64,000 nt of DNA, from the IMG/VR virus record IMGVR_UViG_3300037067_002413, positions 1 to 64,000 of that record. One strand, written 5' to 3'. Position numbers and translations under genes: made by a program. The notes below the pieces were generated by a model. It saw nothing but the letters and a program-made list of their open reading frames with translations, had not been told where the DNA came from and searched no databases. This stretch comes from a virus (Duplodnaviria > Caudoviricetes). This document shows, one piece after another, positions 21,644-32,079 of this stretch (the stretch's first letter is position 1; each line of letters opens with the position of its first letter).

Positions 21644-21681
21644 TGACCATTTTTTTGATTTCTGCGCAACCTTATAGGTAC
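21644..21681 (+). promoter_or_regulatory. Class I phage promoter/operator element, copy 1
   Basis: TGACCA-N11-TCTGCGCAACCTTATAGGTAC; also at 52787 (+) and 52695 (-). Confidence 0.75.
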
Positions 21682-21696
21682 GGAAGGGAAGATACC

Positions 21697-22338
21697 ATGA
21701 AACTTGTTACTGACGCTGCTGATCCAAGACGGTGTAAGCACAGTCTCCCGCATGAACAGTGTTGGAACGAGGCCGAATCTGGTTGTGATAATTGCCTGGT
21801 TCATGGAGGCAGAAGTAAGGCCGAGGCTCAGGATACTCGCTTGTACCATCTTGCCGAAGTCGATAATCGAACCCGGCTGGCAGAACTTTCCTCGCATGAA
21901 CGAATTAAATCGCTTCGTGAAGAGATCGGGCTGGTTCGGATTCTGATCGAGAAGCGGATGAATATGATTAGGAACGAGACTGATTTAGTCAGTGCTTGTG
22001 GTCCAATCAACAGTATGCTTCTGACGTTGGAGAAACTCATCAAAAGTTGCCATACTTTGGAACAAAGTCTTGGCGAATTGCTCTCGAAGAACTCCGTTGT
22101 GCGTCTTGGTCAGTCGATCTGCGAGATCGTGATTGAAGAACTTCAAGGGATTGAAGGCCACGAGGAGATCATTGATCGAATCGTAGGGCGACTCTTCCCA
22201 ACAATCAACGGAGCACAGAACTCTGAGTTGCTTCGTTTGCCCAGTCCTCATACACCCCCTGCCTCCACGGTTGCAAACTTGGGGCAGTTATCCGAGTGGG
22301 ACGATCGCCTCTCGGATGATGCTGCACGCGAGGAGTAA
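21697..22338 (+). CDS. Hypothetical protein, possible terminase small subunit
   Basis: First gene of the late block; C..HGG motif and helical SLREEI.L.R region. Confidence 0.45.
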   Translation: MKLVTDAADPRRCKHSLPHEQCWNEAESGCDNCLVHGGRSKAEAQDTRLYHLAEVDNRTRLAELSSHERIKSLREEIGLVRILIEKRMNMIRNETDLVSACGPINSMLLTLEKLIKSCHTLEQSLGELLSKNSVVRLGQSICEIVIEELQGIEGHEEIIDRIVGRLFPTINGAQNSELLRLPSPHTPPASTVANLGQLSEWDDRLSDDAAREE

Positions 22339-22385
22339 TCCAGCGCACTTTGCAGCATCTTCTTATTCCCAGTCGGAGGTCTATT

Positions 22386-22982
22386 ATGTTTGGATTCCGA
22401 CCGCGCTCACTTTCTACACCTAAGCCTGGCGACATCATCGGGTTTAGCGGCGAGTGTTTAGCAAGTGACTTCATCAATGTTGTCACTTACGGTATTCCTC
22501 GCTGGGGCATCAGTCATGTAGGAATCATGGGCGAGGCCAGCGATGGTCGCCTGTTGCTTTTCGAGTCTACGACTCTTGATGGTCTTCCCTGCGAAATCAC
22601 AGGTAAGCCATTTAGTGGCACTCAGGCTCATCGACTTGAAGATGTCATCAAAACGTATCAGGGCAAAGTTTGGCATTACCCACTTTGCCGGTGCCTTTAC
22701 GAGAACGAGCGACAACGACTTACTCAGTTCTTGATGGACACAATTCACACGCCCTACGACGAGATGGGTGCATTTCGATCTGGCGGTGAAGGCTTGTCTT
22801 GGATTGAGTCTTTGTTTCGAGAACAGGACTTATCCAAAATCTTTTGTTCGGAATGGTGCTGCGCGGCTCATACTGCGATCGGCATCTTTCGGACGGATAA
22901 CGTGAGTCGTTGGAATCCCAATCGTCTCGTGCGAACAGAACGTAGGCAAGGCATCTTACTCAAACCTCGGAGAATGAAATGA
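22386..22982 (+). CDS. Permuted papain-like (YiiX/NlpC-P60) amidase
   Basis: PGDII.F, SHVGI, PYD, FCSE in permuted His-before-Cys order. Confidence 0.8.
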   Translation: MFGFRPRSLSTPKPGDIIGFSGECLASDFINVVTYGIPRWGISHVGIMGEASDGRLLLFESTTLDGLPCEITGKPFSGTQAHRLEDVIKTYQGKVWHYPLCRCLYENERQRLTQFLMDTIHTPYDEMGAFRSGGEGLSWIESLFREQDLSKIFCSEWCCAAHTAIGIFRTDNVSRWNPNRLVRTERRQGILLKPRRMK

Positions 22983-23560
22983 AGAAGTTTCTGGCAGTTG
23001 CCTTTCTGTCACTGGTGATGGCGGGTTGTGGGGTCGAGGTACGCTATGACGAACCTGACATGGGTAGAACCCCGGTTGTCAATATCGAGTACCCGACCGT
23101 AAACCTGCCTGTTTCGCTACGTCAGACGAATTGGCTTGGAAGCAAGCGCGAAGGTTCTTGCGTTCACGCCACAATGATTAGTTTGCTCCGGTGGCAAGGG
23201 CGGCCGGGAACGGCTGATTACTGGCGTCAGAATTACGGCAATGGCGAATGGCCCGAAGACCTTGCTGCAAAGTTCGACCAAGAGGGCGTCCGATACGCCT
23301 ACACCACGGATGGCGACGTTGAGTTTCTCGAATGGGCTTGCCAGACACGTCGCGGTTGCGGCGTGACCGTCATGGGTGGCAGGCACATGGTTGCTCTCGT
23401 TCACTTCGACGCGGAGTGGGCGGGCATCCTTGATAACAATGACACTAACACGATCACATGGGTTCCCCGTGACACCTTTGTGGCCGAATGGCAGAACTCC
23501 AACGGCTGGGCAGTAACGCCCGTATACGCTCCGGCCCCACCCCTGCCTTTAGAAAGGTAA
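22979..23560 (+). CDS. Lipoprotein with a papain/C39-like cysteine peptidase domain
   Basis: Lipobox MAGC; GSCVHA, HMV, ILDNN putative catalytic triad. Confidence 0.6.
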   Translation: MKKFLAVAFLSLVMAGCGVEVRYDEPDMGRTPVVNIEYPTVNLPVSLRQTNWLGSKREGSCVHATMISLLRWQGRPGTADYWRQNYGNGEWPEDLAAKFDQEGVRYAYTTDGDVEFLEWACQTRRGCGVTVMGGRHMVALVHFDAEWAGILDNNDTNTITWVPRDTFVAEWQNSNGWAVTPVYAPAPPLPLER

Positions 23561-23565
23561 TTGAG

Positions 23566-24222
23566 ATGATCCGCTACCTGTTGGCGGTCGCCTTGCTGGT
23601 GGCCGCGAGTTGTGTGCCGGTTTATGCCGGTGATCCCGTAATGAAGGCTGATCCAGCCTATGGCGTTCGCTACACGCAAGAGAAGGTTGTAGCCCTGCCG
23701 CAAGATCAAGAGACACCCTACTTGACGTTGTTTGGCGATCGAAACGATCCCAAACTCAACGAAATGGTGCGATGGTTTGAGACGGACCAAACGCTGGCTG
23801 GCATTAAAAGCCAGACGCATTGGAATGTGATTTACACCGACACGGTGATGTACCAAGATCGGTACGCGCGTACGATTTCAGCGTTGCCTTGCGTTCGTCT
23901 ACAGGCAGCCGACGAGGAACGACCCGTGGCGGAATACGCCGGCGTGAATGTTCCCATGACTGCTGATGCGTTGGCCAAAGGATTGAATACGTCTGCGGGT
24001 TCAGCCGAGTGTTTTAGGCACTGGCATAAAAATCATAGTCCACAACCCTCGCCTAAGCCGCTTAATCCCGTGCGTCCTGATCCGAGTCCGCAACCGTTGC
24101 TGCCTCCGACTCCGAAATCCCAGGATATGACGTGGGTACTGATTGTTGCCTTGGCCTTGGCTGGTGGTGGCGTGGGTGCTGCGAAGCACTTCTCGGACAT
24201 TTACCACGGCCGCAAAGTTTAA
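23566..24222 (+). CDS. Exported, C-terminally anchored hypothetical protein
   Basis: Signal peptide, Pro-rich linker, C-terminal TM helix. Confidence 0.6.
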   Translation: MIRYLLAVALLVAASCVPVYAGDPVMKADPAYGVRYTQEKVVALPQDQETPYLTLFGDRNDPKLNEMVRWFETDQTLAGIKSQTHWNVIYTDTVMYQDRYARTISALPCVRLQAADEERPVAEYAGVNVPMTADALAKGLNTSAGSAECFRHWHKNHSPQPSPKPLNPVRPDPSPQPLLPPTPKSQDMTWVLIVALALAGGGVGAAKHFSDIYHGRKV

Positions 24223-24255
24223 CTCAACCATAAACCAAACGAAAGAGAAATAACA

Positions 24256-24654
24256 ATGTTTGTTCTGACCCCTGCTACGATTGCCTTGTGTGTGTGCGTT
24301 CCTTTGCTGGCCTACTTCATCGGCAAGTGGTTGTTCACCAAGGATACCGAAATCGAGAACCGCCGGCGTGGTGCCGCCAAGTTGGCTGCGAAACTCCAGT
24401 CGCTCGGTTTGCGAAAGACGCCTGAATTCCTTATCGACTACAGTGTCGGCGATTACTCCGGCATGGCCAACAAGATTCAGATGCTTACCGAATTGTTCCT
24501 CGACGGCGACGGACCTGTTTTGGCCGAAGTCGAGACCGTCTTCCAGAATGTGCTTGTTGCGAAACTCGGCACCGAGGAAGGGCGTGCGTATATCGCCGCC
24601 AAACTGGCTGAGGCGGTTAAGGCTGTCGCGCCGGTTGTGGCTGCTGCGGTATAG
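24256..24654 (+). CDS. Membrane-anchored hypothetical protein
   Basis: N-terminal TM helix. Confidence 0.6.
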   Translation: MFVLTPATIALCVCVPLLAYFIGKWLFTKDTEIENRRRGAAKLAAKLQSLGLRKTPEFLIDYSVGDYSGMANKIQMLTELFLDGDGPVLAEVETVFQNVLVAKLGTEEGRAYIAAKLAEAVKAVAPVVAAAV

Positions 24655-24796
24655 TGATTCAAGCTGCCCTTGCCAAGCGTGAGGGCCGCTTCATTGATTC
24701 ACCGAAATCCCGTGGGTCAATGAAGCGGAGAGTAAATGATGGCAGAACGTATTCGGCGTCGTTGCCGCAACTGTCCCAGACCAATTGAGGCTACGA

Positions 24797-25168
24797 ATGC
24801 AGATAGAGATTCCGCGAACCGAGCATCCTCTGACCAAGATAACCTCAACAGCAGGCGAGTGGTTCCACAAGAATTATCTTGGTCCGATCCATCGGACATA
24901 CAACGTGCCGCTTCCCGAGGGGATCGACGTAGGCGACCTTGAAGTAGTCGCTGAACCTTGTGACAACGATGGAAAGAGTCTAGGCCCTGCCGTGATTCTT
25001 AAATCCAGAACCAAGGTCAAAGTTACGGTTCCCAAACCGACGATCGAGCCGGCTCCCAAAAAGGTCGAGCCAAAACCTGAGCGAAAGCCCAGGGCTAAAC
25101 GAAAATTACGCGATCAAGAGATCGCACAGGACGAACGCCCAACAGAGCAGCCTTCGGCTGCGGATTAA
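24797..25168 (+). CDS. Hypothetical protein
   Basis: ORF immediately upstream of the terminase. Confidence 0.45.
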   Translation: MQIEIPRTEHPLTKITSTAGEWFHKNYLGPIHRTYNVPLPEGIDVGDLEVVAEPCDNDGKSLGPAVILKSRTKVKVTVPKPTIEPAPKKVEPKPERKPRAKRKLRDQEIAQDERPTEQPSAAD

Positions 25169-25205
25169 GCGAACCTGATAACTATGCGATCTCCAAAATA
25201 CGTGG

Positions 25206-26885
25206 GTGATAATGAGTGTGATGCTGGACGACTTACAGGCGATTGTTGCCGATGGCTTGAAGAACCGTACTCTGACAACGTGTTCTCGATGGGCTAATCG
25301 TCGTCGCATCATGGGTGGAGATTTTGCCGGACCCTATTCGGATAGATACCATCCGTGGGTCCGCGAGATGCACGATTCGTGGGCACCATTTAATTGGGCC
25401 ATGAAAGGCGCACAACTCGGCGTGACCGAAGTCGCCATCAATCGTGCTCTCTATACGATCGACAAACTCAAGCGGGACGTAATGTACGTCCTACCCACAT
25501 CGAAGAACGCAAGCAAGTTTAGCAAGGGCCGTTTTGGCCCGGCACTGGCTTTGAGTCCTTATCTCAAGTCCATGTTTACGGACACGAATTCGATCGACTT
25601 GAAACAGGCAGGATCAAATTGCCTTTACATCAGTGGATCGCGTGGCGATAGCAATCTAAAGTCGGTGCCCGTATCCGAACTTATCCTTGACGAAGTGGAT
25701 GAGATGGACCAGAAGGCGATTTGGCTTGCCTTGACTCGTCTCGATGGTCATATTGAAAAACACGTTTGGGGAATTTCTACCCCGACTGTTCACAATCATG
25801 GCATCCATAAACTTTTCCGCACGAGCACTCAAGAACAATTTGTCTTCAAGTGCCCTGGCTGCTCAAAACAAATCTTTTTGACGTGGCCGGACAACGTAGA
25901 AATTATGGGCGAAAGTGTTACCGATCCGCGTTGCCTTGATTCCTTTCTCAAGTGTCACCTTTGCGGCAAGCGTTTGGAACATCGTGCAAAACCCTTCTGG
26001 CTGGAACATGCTAAGTGGGTCGCCATGAATCCCAATGGAAATCCCAATCATCGGGGTTTCCAAATCTCGCAACTTTACAGTTTTACGAAGACGCCCGGTG
26101 AATTGGTCGTCTGTTACTTCCGTGGTTTTGGCGACGAACTGGCTAACAAGGAGTTTCATAACTCGCAACTTGGTTTGCCGTTCGTTAGCGACGGGGCACA
26201 AGTTACCGATGACATGATCGAGAAGTCGATCCGAAACCATACGAAGAATGACGCCCGCCCTGTGCTTGGCGGTGAACGGATTATTACGCTGGGCGTGGAC
26301 GTTGGTGATTGGAGTTACTACGAAGTCTGTGAGTGGACCATTGATGAATACGGCATGGACCTCAATGCCAGTGCTCATGCAAAAGTTCTTGCAGAGGGAA
26401 AGTTTTGGCGAGATCAATTCGATTCGACATTGAATCAACTTATGCGTGAATGGCAAGTCTTGACCTGCGTCATCGACGCTGATCCGTGGATTCTTGAATG
26501 CCGACGTTTCGCTAGACGATTCCCAGGTCACGTTTATCTTTGCCGATACCGACGAGGCGTGACGGCAAAAGAAATCGCCATCTCTGACGAGGACGATGAT
26601 GCCCCAGTAATCACGGTAGACCGTTCCAACTGGTTGAGTGCTTCACTTGGTCGGTTCAAGACTGATCCAACACGCATCAATCTTCCCATTGATGTTTCGC
26701 AAGAATACCGTGAACACATGAAGAGTCTCGTTGGAACCTATGAGCGAGATGAATTCGGGAATCCGATTTACGTGTTCAAGGAAACCGGGCCTGACCACTT
26801 TGCTCACGCCAGGTGCTACGCCGAGATTGCTTTGCCGTTGGTGGCGATGCAAGTAACGAATAAAGACGTGAAGGCTTTTCTTTAA
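25206..26885 (+). CDS. terL: Terminase large subunit (GpA-like)
   Basis: KGAQLGVTE Walker A, LILDEVDEM Walker B, ISTPT, Zn-binding CxxC, GVDVG nuclease motif, DHFAHA. Confidence 0.9.
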   Translation: MIMSVMLDDLQAIVADGLKNRTLTTCSRWANRRRIMGGDFAGPYSDRYHPWVREMHDSWAPFNWAMKGAQLGVTEVAINRALYTIDKLKRDVMYVLPTSKNASKFSKGRFGPALALSPYLKSMFTDTNSIDLKQAGSNCLYISGSRGDSNLKSVPVSELILDEVDEMDQKAIWLALTRLDGHIEKHVWGISTPTVHNHGIHKLFRTSTQEQFVFKCPGCSKQIFLTWPDNVEIMGESVTDPRCLDSFLKCHLCGKRLEHRAKPFWLEHAKWVAMNPNGNPNHRGFQISQLYSFTKTPGELVVCYFRGFGDELANKEFHNSQLGLPFVSDGAQVTDDMIEKSIRNHTKNDARPVLGGERIITLGVDVGDWSYYEVCEWTIDEYGMDLNASAHAKVLAEGKFWRDQFDSTLNQLMREWQVLTCVIDADPWILECRRFARRFPGHVYLCRYRRGVTAKEIAISDEDDDAPVITVDRSNWLSASLGRFKTDPTRINLPIDVSQEYREHMKSLVGTYERDEFGNPIYVFKETGPDHFAHARCYAEIALPLVAMQVTNKDVKAFL

Positions 26886-26894
26886 GGATGCCAA

Positions 26895-28718
26895 ATGAGC
26901 TTACAGCAAATGCGGATTATTGACAGCCGGCATCCGAATTTCATGTCGAATGTGACGGACTGGGAAAAGTGGCGACTGACCTATCGTGGTGGCGAAGAGT
27001 TCCGAAGTCGGTATCTTGAACGCTTCACGACACGCGAAGACGCAAATGATTTCGAGGCCCGTAAACGAATAACTCCGATCCCTGCTTTCGCTAAGGCCGC
27101 GATCAATCGTATTCGCAACTCGATCTTTCAGCGGATGCACGACATCACCAGGCGTGATGGGAGTGCCGGCTATCAGCGGGCAATCAACGGACTAGATCAA
27201 GGAGTGGATCGTCGTGGCAGCACGATGAATGCCTTCTTGGGAATCAAGTGCCTTACCGAACTTTTGACGATGGGCCGAGTTGGCATCTTCGTTGATAACT
27301 CGGTGGTGTCCGGCGAGACATTGGCGGATGTTGGAAAGGCTCGACCTTACCTTTATCCCTACCAGGTTGAAGACATTCTGAGTTGGTCCTGCACAAAGCC
27401 GGACGATCCCAGTGAATTCCAAGCGGTTTTGCTTCGTGATACGGTCATGGATTTTGACCAGGCTACGATGCTGCCCATCCAGAATTATCAACGGATACGG
27501 CTGTTGTGGATTGACCAAAATACGGGTCTTGTGAATTTGCAGTTCTATTCGACGGACGGCGATCCAATTGACCGAGACGGCAATCCTGGCGGTCCAGTTG
27601 TGCTGGAGTTGAATCGTATTCCGTTTGTGATGGCGGACATAGGCGACTCCTTGTTGAAGGACATTTGCAACCATCAGATCGCGCTACTGAATTTGTTGTC
27701 GAGCGACGTTAATTTTGCCCTCAAGGCAAACTTCCCGTTCTACATCGAGCAACGCGATATGCGGGCCGTGGGCGGTCACTTGAAGCAGGCCGCAAATCCT
27801 GATGGGACTGCGACGGCAGGCGGACAGGCTGCACACGATAATGAAATTACGATGGGAGCAACGCGAGGTCGAGCCTATGACATCAAGGCTCAAGCACCGG
27901 CGTTTATCAATCCATCGCCCGACCCCCTCAAGGCGTCGATGGAACTCCGCGAGGAGATCGCTCAGGAAATCAATCGACTGGTTAATCTTGGCGTCGAGTC
28001 GCTTGTTGGAAAAATGCCAACCGGAACTCAAGCACTTGACAGCGGCGGACTTGAAGCAGGTCTCAGTTTCATCGGACTCGTTCTGGAAAGCACGGAACGA
28101 AAGGTTGCTGAGTTCTGGGGTGCCTACGAAGATCGTGTTGAGAGCCGACGCAAGATTGCAACGATCAAATATCCCGATCGTTATTCCTTGAAGACAGATC
28201 AGGACCGCATCGACGAGGCGACATCGCTTTCCAAGTTGATGGCTAGCGTCCCTGGTCAAACGATCAAGCGCGAGATCAGCAAGAGCATCACGCAGGCGTT
28301 GATCGGCGGCAAAGTCAGCGTCGAGACTATCACGAAGGTCAACGGCGAAATCGACAGTTCTGCTTACACCACCAGCGATCCAACCACAATCCTTGCGGCT
28401 GTGGAAGCTGGCTTGTGCGGCGAAAAGACGGGTTCGATGGCTCTAGGCTTTGGTCCAGACGAACACATTCAGGCTAAGAAGGATCATGCGGAGCGGGCCG
28501 CCCGCGTGGCTCAAGCGCAGGCAAGCGTGAAGGGTAACGGTCCAATGGCTGGACAAACTGGTGGCGATCCGGCCGCTCGTGGGGTGCCGGACCTGTCGGC
28601 GAATCCCGCAGCACCAGCCCAGGAAAAATTACAGGGTCGTGATCGAACCTTACACGATAGCAAACGCCGGCGCGTTCGAGGCAAAGGCGTAAAGAACCCA
28701 GGGAACCAAACCCCATGA
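26895..28718 (+). CDS. Portal protein
   Basis: Follows TerL; HP....W..WR..Y.GG..F...YL...RE....F..RK N-terminus and L..IPFV motif typical of portals. Confidence 0.8.
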   Translation: MSLQQMRIIDSRHPNFMSNVTDWEKWRLTYRGGEEFRSRYLERFTTREDANDFEARKRITPIPAFAKAAINRIRNSIFQRMHDITRRDGSAGYQRAINGLDQGVDRRGSTMNAFLGIKCLTELLTMGRVGIFVDNSVVSGETLADVGKARPYLYPYQVEDILSWSCTKPDDPSEFQAVLLRDTVMDFDQATMLPIQNYQRIRLLWIDQNTGLVNLQFYSTDGDPIDRDGNPGGPVVLELNRIPFVMADIGDSLLKDICNHQIALLNLLSSDVNFALKANFPFYIEQRDMRAVGGHLKQAANPDGTATAGGQAAHDNEITMGATRGRAYDIKAQAPAFINPSPDPLKASMELREEIAQEINRLVNLGVESLVGKMPTGTQALDSGGLEAGLSFIGLVLESTERKVAEFWGAYEDRVESRRKIATIKYPDRYSLKTDQDRIDEATSLSKLMASVPGQTIKREISKSITQALIGGKVSVETITKVNGEIDSSAYTTSDPTTILAAVEAGLCGEKTGSMALGFGPDEHIQAKKDHAERAARVAQAQASVKGNGPMAGQTGGDPAARGVPDLSANPAAPAQEKLQGRDRTLHDSKRRRVRGKGVKNPGNQTP

Positions 28719-30493
28719 ATATCCAGCAAGAATCGTTAGATAGTGGCTTTGTCGTAGGACACGGCGGGGCTGATGCCTCCAGCAAGCCCATCGTCGCCGT
28801 TGGTTATGCCAACAAGGCGTACAAGGGCGTGCGCGTCCGCGCAGCCACGGATAATAACCTTGTCATCTATATTGGTCCGCAAGGTGTTACCGTTTCGACG
28901 GGTTACCCGTTGCCCGCTGGCGAGGAACTTTGTATTCCGATTGAAGACCCATCCAAGATTTACGTTACTGCCACGCCGGCGAACAACGCTCAGCAAACCG
29001 TGGCACTTACTGGCCAGAGTGTCGGTAATACATTCACCCTGACTTTCATGGGTCAGACTACCGCTCCGATCGCCGTGAACGCCAACGCAGCCACAGTGCA
29101 GGCGGCACTTCGACTTTTGTCCACGATCGGCTCCTCGGGCTGCACAGTGGCAGACACGGGCGGCGGACCTCCTTACACGGTCACGTTCACTGGCCCATTG
29201 GCCAAGATCGACGTGGACTTGATGACTTCGCCCGCTGTTGGTCTCAATGAGAAGCAAAACGTCACGGTCACGAATGCGATCGCCGACGACAAACTCGTGC
29301 TGACCTTCGGTGCAAATTCGACATCTGAGTTGGCCTACAATGCGACTTCCGCTCAGATTCAATCGGCTTTGGAAGGTTTGACAAGCATCGGGGCGGGCAA
29401 CGTGTCTGTCACGGATGGTGCTACCGGCTGGGACGTGGAGTTCGTCGGCGATCTGGAAAAGACCGACGTTGGGGCGATTACCGGCGTGGCTGGCAAGAAC
29501 GAAAAGCAAACTGTCACCGTGACTGGTGCGGTGGCCGGCGATAAACTCGTGATGACCTATGGTGGTAATTCGACCGCCGAGGTCAATTACAACGTCAGCG
29601 GTGCTGGTCTGCAAACGGCTCTGGATGGAATCGTTGCGCTCAATGGCAAGACTTCCGTCACCGGCGATGGTCCTTATGTCGTCGAGTTTGTTGACAGCCT
29701 GTCCAAGACCGACGTGGCTGCAATGACGGGCGCGTGCGGCAAGAACGAGAAACAAACGATCACGGTCACAAACGGTGTGGCCGGCGACAAGATGATTTTG
29801 ACCTTGGGTGCCAATTCGACATCCGAGTTGAACTACAACGTCAGTGGGGCTGATCTACAGACGGCCCTTCGTGCTCTTACCAGCATTGGTGCTGGAAACT
29901 GTACGGTCACTGGTGACGGACCTTATCTGGTCGAGTTCATCAGTGGCAAGGCCAAGACTGACATGGCTGCGATTACCGGCGTGGCTGGTAAGAATGAAAA
30001 GCAAACGATCACGCTGGATGTAAGTGTTGATGGTGGAACTTTCACGTTGACTTATGTTGACCAGACTACCGGAAACATTCCTTGGAATGAATCCACTGCG
30101 AATGTTGCAATCGCTCTCAAAGCGTTGTCAAACATTGGAGATTCCGATGTGGCGGTGACTGGTGTCCCTGGAGCTTGGATTGTCGAATTCACTGGCGCGC
30201 TGGCTAAGACCGATGTGGTCATTCTGGTTGGCGACGGGACGAATTTGACCGGCACCGATGTTGTCAAGGATGTAACAGTTGTGGAGACCGTGAAGGGTAA
30301 CTTAGCTTCGGTTGGAGTCGTGGAAACCGTGAAGGGTAACTTAGCTTCGGTTGGAGTCGTAGAAACCTACAAGGGAAACACGGGCACGGTCACTGTGGTT
30401 GAGGCTCCCAAGGGTGACGCGGACCTAACTGTCACGATTGCCAAGGTCGCTGACATCACTGACGAGAGTCAGTATTCGTGGATTTCACTTTAA
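28715..30493 (+). CDS. Virion decoration/fibre protein with five NEKQ-type repeats
   Basis: Repeats NEKQT.T.....G....LT.G...T....YN.....Q.AL..L..IG.GN..VTG...Y.VEF. Confidence 0.7.
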   Translation: MNIQQESLDSGFVVGHGGADASSKPIVAVGYANKAYKGVRVRAATDNNLVIYIGPQGVTVSTGYPLPAGEELCIPIEDPSKIYVTATPANNAQQTVALTGQSVGNTFTLTFMGQTTAPIAVNANAATVQAALRLLSTIGSSGCTVADTGGGPPYTVTFTGPLAKIDVDLMTSPAVGLNEKQNVTVTNAIADDKLVLTFGANSTSELAYNATSAQIQSALEGLTSIGAGNVSVTDGATGWDVEFVGDLEKTDVGAITGVAGKNEKQTVTVTGAVAGDKLVMTYGGNSTAEVNYNVSGAGLQTALDGIVALNGKTSVTGDGPYVVEFVDSLSKTDVAAMTGACGKNEKQTITVTNGVAGDKMILTLGANSTSELNYNVSGADLQTALRALTSIGAGNCTVTGDGPYLVEFISGKAKTDMAAITGVAGKNEKQTITLDVSVDGGTFTLTYVDQTTGNIPWNESTANVAIALKALSNIGDSDVAVTGVPGAWIVEFTGALAKTDVVILVGDGTNLTGTDVVKDVTVVETVKGNLASVGVVETVKGNLASVGVVETYKGNTGTVTVVEAPKGDADLTVTIAKVADITDESQYSWISL

Positions 30494-30517
30494 GTTCTAA
30501 CGCCTTGGAGATTCACG

Positions 30518-31078
30518 ATGGCTATTAGCACAACTTACTATGGTGATCTCTCCGAGGCAGACGCTTATTTTTCTATGCGTCTGCACGAGAGTGCGTGGAC
30601 GGATGCTGCCGAATCGGATCGTCCAAAAGCCCTTTGGGCTGCCACGCAGATTATTGACACATTGAATTATAAGGGCTTCAAGAGTACCGTCTACACGCTT
30701 TTGCAAGGCTATGGCCTGCAAGATATTCCTTCGACCAACGGCGACTATGATATTTCTCCTACGATTGAGGAAGTAATGGTTGCCGAAGCATCGCAGGAAT
30801 TGGAATTTCCGCGTGGTGCAGATACAGAAGTCCCAGAAGCGATCCGTCGCGCGTGCTACGAGATCGCCCATACGCTCCTTGACGGAAAAGACCCTGAGTT
30901 GGAGCTTGAGAATCTTGGCATTGTTAGCCAAGGTTATGCGTCAGTCCGCACCACATTCAGTCGCACTCATGTTCCAGTGGAACACATCGTCAATGGTGTG
31001 CCCTCGGCAATGGCTTGGCGACTGCTTGTGCCTTTCCTGCGTGATGATGACGCAATTCGTGTTAGCCGGGTTTCTTAA
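30518..31078 (+). CDS. Head-tail adaptor-like (DnaT-like domain) protein
   Basis: Y....EADAYF..R...W; KAL..ATQ.ID; Q.LEFPR; VPE.I..AC.E.A. Confidence 0.7.
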   Translation: MAISTTYYGDLSEADAYFSMRLHESAWTDAAESDRPKALWAATQIIDTLNYKGFKSTVYTLLQGYGLQDIPSTNGDYDISPTIEEVMVAEASQELEFPRGADTEVPEAIRRACYEIAHTLLDGKDPELELENLGIVSQGYASVRTTFSRTHVPVEHIVNGVPSAMAWRLLVPFLRDDDAIRVSRVS

Positions 31079-31153
31079 TCCCGGCTTCTTTCACCGGCTG
31101 GCGATTACCCGTGCCAGAACTACCGGGTCCAAACTGCGGGGTAAAGGGAAGTA

Positions 31154-32020
31154 ATGGTTATGCGTGTTAGTGATTGGTACAAATCCTGTGCGCTCGTTGC
31201 GTGCTATGAAGGCGAAGACGAAGCCGCAAAGGCGGCCGAAGCGGCTGCTGCGGCTGCGGTTGCAGCCGACGATGTGAAAGCCCCCGAGGGATTCACACCG
31301 GACCAACAGAAGAAATTCAATGATGCAGTCGCCACCGAACGGCGTAAGCAGGAAGCCAAGTACCGCAAGGAACTTGAGAAGACCGAAGGCACCTATAAGG
31401 AGCTTTTGGCAAACAGCAAGAGTTTGACGGAGAAGGAACGACAAACGCTGCAAGACAACCTGGAAACGATTCAGGGTCAACTTCGCAGCAAAGAACAGCA
31501 AGCCGCCCAGGAGAAGAAGGAACTGGAAGTTTCCTATCAAGGAAAACTTACGGCGGCTGAGAAACGTGCTCAAGAGGCTGAAACGCGATGGCGAGATTCG
31601 ACGGTCCTGCGTGGACTGCAAGACGCCGCTGTTGAGCACGAGGCATATAGTTCGAGCCAAGTCGTGACAATTCTCAAGAGTATGACGAGGCTGGTTGAGA
31701 AAGTGGACGCGAACGGCAAGGGAACCGGACAATTTGATGTCATGGTGGACTTCCCTGATAAAGATGCCACTACCGGACAAAGTGTTATGACCTCCAAGAC
31801 GCCAACTGAGGCAGTCAAGCGGATGACAGAGATTCCCGAGTTCCAGAATCTCTTCCGTAAGAATGTCGTGTCGGGTGTTGGAGGCAATTCGGCTATCGGT
31901 GGCCTTACACCGGGTTCCAACGGACGGATTGACGTGCGTAATCTCACACACGATCAGTACCTCAAGGTGCGAGCAGAGAACCCCGAACTGCTCGGTCTGC
32001 GTCCTAATGGACGCCGTTAA
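31154..32020 (+). CDS. Capsid scaffolding protein
   Basis: Coiled-coil, charged ORF immediately upstream of the capsid gene. Confidence 0.7.
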   Translation: MVMRVSDWYKSCALVACYEGEDEAAKAAEAAAAAAVAADDVKAPEGFTPDQQKKFNDAVATERRKQEAKYRKELEKTEGTYKELLANSKSLTEKERQTLQDNLETIQGQLRSKEQQAAQEKKELEVSYQGKLTAAEKRAQEAETRWRDSTVLRGLQDAAVEHEAYSSSQVVTILKSMTRLVEKVDANGKGTGQFDVMVDFPDKDATTGQSVMTSKTPTEAVKRMTEIPEFQNLFRKNVVSGVGGNSAIGGLTPGSNGRIDVRNLTHDQYLKVRAENPELLGLRPNGRR

Positions 32021-32079
32021 GAAGTCGGGGGCTGATTGCTTTTTACAACAACGAATCTGTCCCTTTTGGAGACAACAAG

